Shown here: one piece after another, positions 57,971-64,000 of the stretch
How the letters are laid out: each line of letters begins with the position of its first letter
Position numbering within the stretch: the first letter of the stretch is position 1
Assembly: GCF_009914755.1 (NCBI RefSeq)
Contig: NC_060942.1
DNA length: 64,000 bases
Reading direction: 5' to 3' (one strand)
Origin: the human T2T-CHM13v2.0 reference genome, Homo sapiens
Translations under genes and position numbers: made by a program
The notes under the pieces: model-generated
Databases searched by the model: none
The model's input: the letters and a program-made list of their open reading frames with translations, nothing else
What the model was told of the DNA's origin: nothing

Positions 57971-59704
57971 AAACTAAAACCTTCCACTTCCAAGGTTCTT
58001 TCTATTCTACTTGTACTACCCAAGAATAGATTTTTAAAAGCATTTTTAGCTACTCAATAAAATATACTAAAATTAAATATATTGAGCAGGAAGAACACTA
58101 GATGTTTTTCCAAAGGAGTATACACAAACCAATTCTAACACTTAGAGTGCACATAAATAATACAGAGTAACTCTTTGTCTCAGTTTATATATGCAAAATC
58201 ATCCTAAACTGCAAGTGTTGCTTGTATCAAAGAGGTAAAATCTTGTCAAGTTCTCCCCTGGAGGATTCTAATCAGCAGGTCTCTCTAGTTCAGAAGTGAT
58301 AAAGTGTTGTGAGTAACCCAGCTTTCTTAGAATTGAAACAAGTTTATTTTTCAGTTCTCCCAAGTAGGGCAATATTAGGAAGGTTTTCTCCATAAAGAAA
58401 TGTCAGCCCTGACCTCAGGTACTATGGCGATAGTGAGCTAATGGTATAAAGAGGAACATAACTCCCTCATGACCCATTCTATGTGCGAGTTCAGAAAGTT
58501 CTCAGACCCGTTCATACATATAACAGCAGGCTATCATTCATTCATCCCAACCTGCAATGCATTTCTACACTATTATCTTTGTTTAAAAAATTCTCCTGAG
58601 ATTTGTTCCATGTTTCTAAATTCAATTAAAGTAAATTTAGTTGGAATGATCTGTGAAGGAAAAGTAATCAAGTAAATTTAATTTTCTGCTTTACTGAGGG
58701 TTAACTAGAAAATATTTTTGTTTTTATCTTATTGTTTAAAATGTATGCACATGCTTTTCTCCTTTAGGAATTACAATACCCAACAATTCACTTTGTTTTT
58801 TTTGTAAAGTGATATGGTAGAACAAACTTATCTCTAAAGTCCCCGCCGTATTTAATATTCTGTGAATCTGGCATCAATAAACAACCTAACAGGGACGAGA
58901 AGAACCCCAAAACAGGCTGTACAATGCCATGCTTACTATAAACAATGCTCCCACTGCAGATTTATTTAAAATATTGTCTTGACACTTTTCCTGAAGCTAG
59001 GATGATGGCATAGTGGTAGGCAAAGTTTCAGATCCAGTTCAACTGAGGCTCGTAAGGACAAAAGATTCTAAGTAAGTTTGGGTTGCCAGGGCACCAGAAA
59101 ATGCCATCTCAGGAGGAGAACCTACATCAGTTGCCATTTCCTCTCAGGCTAATGCTCTGAAGGTCAACAGAAACACTTGAATGTCTTTGCTGTGACTTCA
59201 GAAGTATAGAGTGAGTCGTTTAATCCACAATTATCTTATTAGCAGGAATCTGAAACCAAAGAGGAAGGTTATCAACTGTTTGGATTTTATTTCCAGTCTA
59301 AGTACCATCTTATTCAGCTGTTACCTCCATCTCAACAAAGACAGCCATTAGGTGCCTAAGAGGTAGATGAATTTCATGGATATTTTTATTCTGGAAGGGA
59401 AGAGGAGAAGTGGTATAAAACATTCTTGCTGACTCTATGCTGATATGCTGGATGTTTACTTTGAAATCCACCATTTCTTGGATACTTGTCATGGTTCATA
59501 AAAGAGATTGATGGCTCCATTATCTCTGAGATGCTTGTGTGTAATTCCTATTAGTGTTAGCAGGAGTTGCAGCAGCAGAACAATTTGGGAGCTTAGTTTT
59601 TGTCTTGCTCTAAAGAGTTATGTTGAAAATCAACTTTCAGGTAAACCACAAAAAGGCCAACCTATCCACTTAGAGATTTTGCAAATAGTTCTTTTCCACA
59701 GATG

Positions 59705-59860
59705 CAGAATGTTAGAGCTGGGAGAGATTTAGAAACAAGTATAACTTTCTCAACTTATAGATGTGACAACTAAGTTGTAAAGAGGGCATCACATTTGCTC
59801 AAAGTGATGGAGCTAGCCATATGCAGGAAGTCGTGACTGTATCTCAGGACTCCTGACTTT
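59705..59860 (-). mobile_element. MIR3/MIRc SINE
   Basis: AGAATGTTAGAGCTGG..TATAGATGTGACAACTAAG..TTGCTCAAAGT..CTCCTGACT. Confidence 0.6.
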
Positions 59861-59949
59861 TTTCTATCACTTTTTATCTCCAGTATAATTTTTGATCCAA
59901 TTAGAAATTTAAGAATTGAATGACATAACTTCAGATAAGATAATACAAT

Positions 59950-60400
59950 ATGGTCTTCTATTTCTAGAAATCTTGGAATAACAAAAACTGGACTTAACCT
60001 CCCACCATAAACAAACAGAAAACCAGATAAAATACGTAAAAAAATTGTTTGTAGAGACTAGATTGCAGGATGGTACACCTCAGGAAAAGAGGAACAAAGT
60101 CCTATTTTCCTGACCATGAAGGAAACCAAAACAAGGCCCTGTTGGCTTACCGAGTTAAGCAGATAGAGAACCAGGATCAAGGAGACTGAGAGTTTTGGAA
60201 GTTACAGGACAGAATTTTGAAAAGGAGGGAAATGTACAAAACAGAAGAACTCCAAGGATCTATGCAGGGGTGTGTTGCTCGGTGTCATGGTACCATATAT
60301 AAAATGAAACTCTAAACACCTAGATAGAAAAGAACCAGTGAGTCATAGCTAAAAAATTTCCAGAGCTCACGTAGAGTGGACAGATGTCTGACCACTGACA
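59950..60400 (+). mobile_element. Old L1M (L1MC/MD-type) 5' end
   Basis: ACTGGACTTAACCTCCC..AAAACCAGATAAAATA..AAATTGTTT resembles recalled L1MC/MD 5' consensus. Confidence 0.5.
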
Positions 60401-60429
60401 AATGAGTTCCATTATGCAGATGCTCTGCT

Positions 60430-61770
60430 CCATCATTTTATTTTAATTTTGCTGTTTTTTTTTTCTCGTTGTGTATTTGTGTAATTTCCAATTTTTGGCC
60501 AAAATTTCTCCTCTGTTTATACGTGTTAGCCTCTTTTTCAACTGGATTCTTTAACAAATCAATCATCGCAATTTTAAAATCCCTGTGTTATGATTCCAAC
60601 ACCTGAGTAACCTCTGACTCTGGTTCTGTTGATTGTTTGGTCTCTTGATAATGACTTGATTTTACCTGATTTCTTTTATATCTTCAAATTTTATTGAAAT
60701 CAAGGCATCTTGTCTAAAACAGGAGAAATCGAAGTAAATACTATTTTTACCTGGGCATTAATCCAGTTCAAATTCCTCTAAAAATGGTTTGGACTTAACA
60801 GCATGAGTGGATTTAATGACTGTTTTTCTCAGTATCAGAGAGCTACCATCAGTTTTCTGTTAATTCTGAAAGCCCATGCTATAGAAGAGGTTCCTTGCCA
60901 TGTACTTGCTTTCTCCTTTGTTAGGATGTTTCTATTTATTATGCATAATTTTTATGAGCCTCGTATCCAGAAGAAGGAGATGTCCTCTGTGTTCTGGGTT
61001 CAATCTCAGTCCTAACCCCTGTTTGCTCAAGTCTTGAGGATAGAACATTCTTAGCATTCTTTCATCTTCTCCTGTGGTAGCCAATCTCTACAATATAGCT
61101 GTGCCAGGCCATGTGCTGGAAGATTTACTGTCCCACCCTTATTGGTAGAAGGCTTTAATTGTACTGGCATAAGATCCTAGGATCAGGATCCCTTGTTGCC
61201 TCTACTATAGAGGTAGGGGACATTTTTCTTCCTCTTTATTTTTCCCTTGGGAACAATGGGTCTTTATAGGACAACAAGATTTTCTGTCCCAGCTTCGGCG
61301 ATGTGTCTTTTCTGGGAAGAATCTGGTGACAGACCATAATCTATTTCCTGCCATGGCAACCAATTTTCTTCTTCATACCTGCACCACTGAGGGAGTCTCT
61401 GTTCAATCTTCTTCCCTGCCCTGAGTCCTTATACGCACCAGGTGGAGGTCCTTTGAAAAAAAGCCTGCAAGTGAATCATTTTTTGTCATACCAGTCCATA
61501 CTCATCCTTTAAAAATTCATTAATATTTTCACTGATTGCTTCTTACTAGCTTCTATGATGGCTACTTCTTGTACTCTGCCACAGGTTACAGAAACACCTG
61601 TCCTATCTATCCTGGTAGGAGAGAAAGAGACTCTTTATATTTGGATTTCAGGTTATATGTTTACTGTGCAATTTTAGGTATCTTATAGGTTTGAGAAAAA
61701 ACTGTTTGTAGTTTACCCACCTTCTGTTCATTGTTAGTATAGCAACAGTGAAAATTTCCAGCCAATGTAA
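60430..61770 (-). mobile_element. Old L1M 5' region (L1MC/MD-type)
   Basis: GATTCCAACACCTGAG..CTCTGACTCTGGTTCTGTTGATTG..GTCTCTTGA; boundaries approximate. Confidence 0.55.
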
Positions 61771-62720
61771 TAGGACAAGAAAAAGAAATAACACGTTTAA
61801 TAAATTAAAAATAAAAGTAATATTATTCATTTAAAATACCATTGATATGTAGATAAATTCAATTATATGTACGCAAATTTAGCAAGGCTACTCAATAGCA
61901 GGTTAATGTAGACATATGTTGCTTAACAACAGACATACACTCTGAAAAATGTGCTTGGCAAGTTCAGTGTGTGAACATCATAGAGTGTACTTGTACAAAC
62001 CTAGATGGCATAACCTACTACAGACCACATTGTGTGGTATGGCCTATTGCTCCTAGGCTTCAAACCTGTACAGCATGTTATTGTACTAAATACTGTAGGC
62101 AATTGTAACAAAATGGTATTTGTGTATCTACACAGATCTAAACAGAGAAAAGGTACAAAAAAATACAGTTTCATAATTTTATGTGACTACCACTGTATTA
62201 TGCTATGATACGTTATGTGGTGTATTAAGATATATAAGCATAAATAATATTTTATAGTGGAAACAAATTATAAAATAAATAAAATTTATAATTGTGAAAA
62301 GAGAAGACGTAGGCTTGAACTTAATAAAAGTTGTTTATAGCCTCCTTAAAGAAAATTAAATTATATTAACAAGTGTTATTCTCATGGATTAGGACACTTA
62401 ATATAGTCAAATTGTCAATTATCTTGAAATTGATCTAAAGATTCAATACAATCACAATAAAAATTGTAGCATTTTTTTTTATTTGTGAAAAATTTAAAGC
62501 TGATTCCAAAACATGCAGGAAGATGCAAAGGGCAAAGACAGATAACACCACGTTAATAAATAACAATATTGAAGGCCATACACTACCAGTGAATCTTTTT
62601 TAAAAATAAAAATAATTAAAACTGTGGTGTTAGAGCAAAACTGATAAACAAACGATACAAAGTAGAGTCCAGAAACAAAAAAAGTACAGTCAATTGATTT
62701 AATGTAAAGATTACACACTA
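61770..62720 (+). mobile_element. Old L1M ORF2 fragment interrupted by Tigger3a
   Basis: CAAGAAAAAGAAATA; TCATGGATTAGG..AATATAGTCAA..AATTGATCTA..GATTCAATACAATC; AGAGTCCAGAAA. Confidence 0.55.
61909..62228. mobile_element. Tigger3a (MER7A) DNA transposon
   Basis: GAACATCATAGAGTGTACTT..AACCTAGATGG..GCCTATTGCTCCTAGGCT.CAAACCTGTACAGCATGTTA..ATACTGTAGGCAATTGTAAC. Confidence 0.85.
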
Positions 62721-62737
62721 AAATTATAAAGAACTAT

Positions 62738-63215
62738 ATTTTTTTTGAAATAACTTTAGTTTCACTTACAGTTATAAGAAATAATACAGAAAGATTCCAT
62801 GTAGTCCTTACAAAGTTTCATCTGATGCTAACATCTTGAAAACTATATTATAATATCACATCCCAGATGTTAGAGCAATATAGTCAAGAGACAGAACATT
62901 TTCATGACTATGAAGATCACTTCTATCGCCCTTTCATAGCCAGACACACTGCCCACCTTTCCTTTCTAACTGCTGGAAACCACTAGTCTTTTCTCTATCC
63001 CTATAATTTTGTTACTTCAAGAATGTTATATAAATACAATCATACAGCATGTGACCTTTGAGATTGGCTTTTCTCATTCAGCATAAGTTTCTGGCGATTC
63101 ATCCAAATTTGGGGGTTTATCAATAGTGTCTTCTTTTTTCATTGCTGAATAGTAGTTCATGGTATAGATGAAGGACAATTTGTGTACCTAATCACTGACT
63201 GAAGGACATCTGGTC
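62738..63215 (-). mobile_element. L1MC1/2-like 3' end
   Basis: AAGAAATAATACAGA..TAACATCTTG.AAAACTATA..TTCAAGAATGTTATATAAAT..ACCTTTGAGATTGGCTTTT..CTGAAGGACATCTGG. Confidence 0.75.
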
Positions 63216-63360
63216 ACAGTATCTCATGGTAAAAAATGATAATACTTTATTGGAGATGAAGAGTAGTGAACTTCAGGTAAATTTTAGAGTTACAACCAAC
63301 AAGGCTTGTCAAAGCATTAGCTGTGGGAACTGAGAAAAGAGATACAAATTGCTCGTTTTT

Positions 63361-63703
63361 TTTTTTGTTTGTTTAATTTTTTTGTTTTTTGTTTTTGTTT
63401 TGTTTTGTTTTGTTTTGTTTTGAGACAGAATCTTATTCTGTTTCCCAGGCTGGAGTCCAGTAGCATGATCTCAGCTCATTGCAACATCCGCCTCCTGGGT
63501 TCAAGGGATTCTCCTGCCTCAGCCTCCTGAGTAGCTGGCACTACAGGCATGCACCACCATGCTCGGCTAATTTTCGTGTTTTTAGTAGAGATGGGGTTTC
63601 ACCATCTCAGCCAGGCTGATCTTGAACTTCTGACCTCAAGTGATCTGCCCACCTCAGCCTCCCAAAGTGCTGGGATTGCAGGCATGAGCCACCGTGCCTG
63701 GCT
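63361..63703 (-). mobile_element. AluS (Sx/Sz-like) with (GTTTT)n tail
   Basis: Antisense Alu; TSD CAAATTGCTCGTTTTT (63345-63360) / CAAATTGCTAGTTTTT (63705-63720). Confidence 0.93.
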
Positions 63704-63843
63704 CCAAATTGCTAGTTTTTTAGCACTGGGAGAGGAGTTGCCTTTCTTGTGTAGAGTTGATGCTGCTGCTATTACTGAGTTTTGAAGACTGAGAAAAAAG
63801 CAATTCAGCAAAAATTAGTGGAAAAACGTTTTGATACATCTTA

Positions 63844-64000
63844 AGAGTGATACCAGCAAGATGACTGACTAGAGCTACTTGATTCTTATTCCCCCCAACA
63901 AAAAGGGGCCCAAACAAAAAATAACTATATTTCAACTGGAGTGACTGCAGTTGTATGCTGGAGAGTACCATGGGAAGGGTAAAATCTCTATGGAGTGTGG
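63844..64000 (+). mobile_element. Older L1 5' UTR start, running off the window
   Basis: GAGTGATACCAGCAAGATGAC resembles the GAGTGACGTCAGCAAGATGGC start of older L1 5' ends. Confidence 0.5.

Overview
AT-rich, CpG-poor primate (human-like) genomic DNA from an intergenic or deep-intronic region. I found no credible host protein-coding exon, rRNA, tRNA or CRISPR array; the ORF track is explained by Alu, L1 or LTR sequence or by chance. The window is dominated by transposable-element fossils: several L1s (a full-length ~6.2 kb L1PA6-like copy with TSD, a 5'-inverted L1PA15-like copy, truncated L1PA10/13/16-like copies and old L1M pieces), nine Alus, a deleted ERVL provirus with its MLT2 LTR, a MER4-group ERV1 internal fragment, solo LTRs (MER41B, LTR33, MLT1, MLT2), DNA transposons (Tigger3a x2, MER30, Charlie4-like, MER5A) and MIR/L2 relics. 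Subfamily names come from recalled consensus sequences and need RepeatMasker/Dfam confirmation. The most interesting items are a MER41B LTR retaining two GAS (STAT) motifs, two near-perfect 20-bp-arm hairpins in apparently unique DNA (40591-40645 and 57820-57866), a degenerate 10-bp-periodic AT array (27086-27291), and several nested insertions with readable TSDs. I see no evidence for a new multi-gene system.
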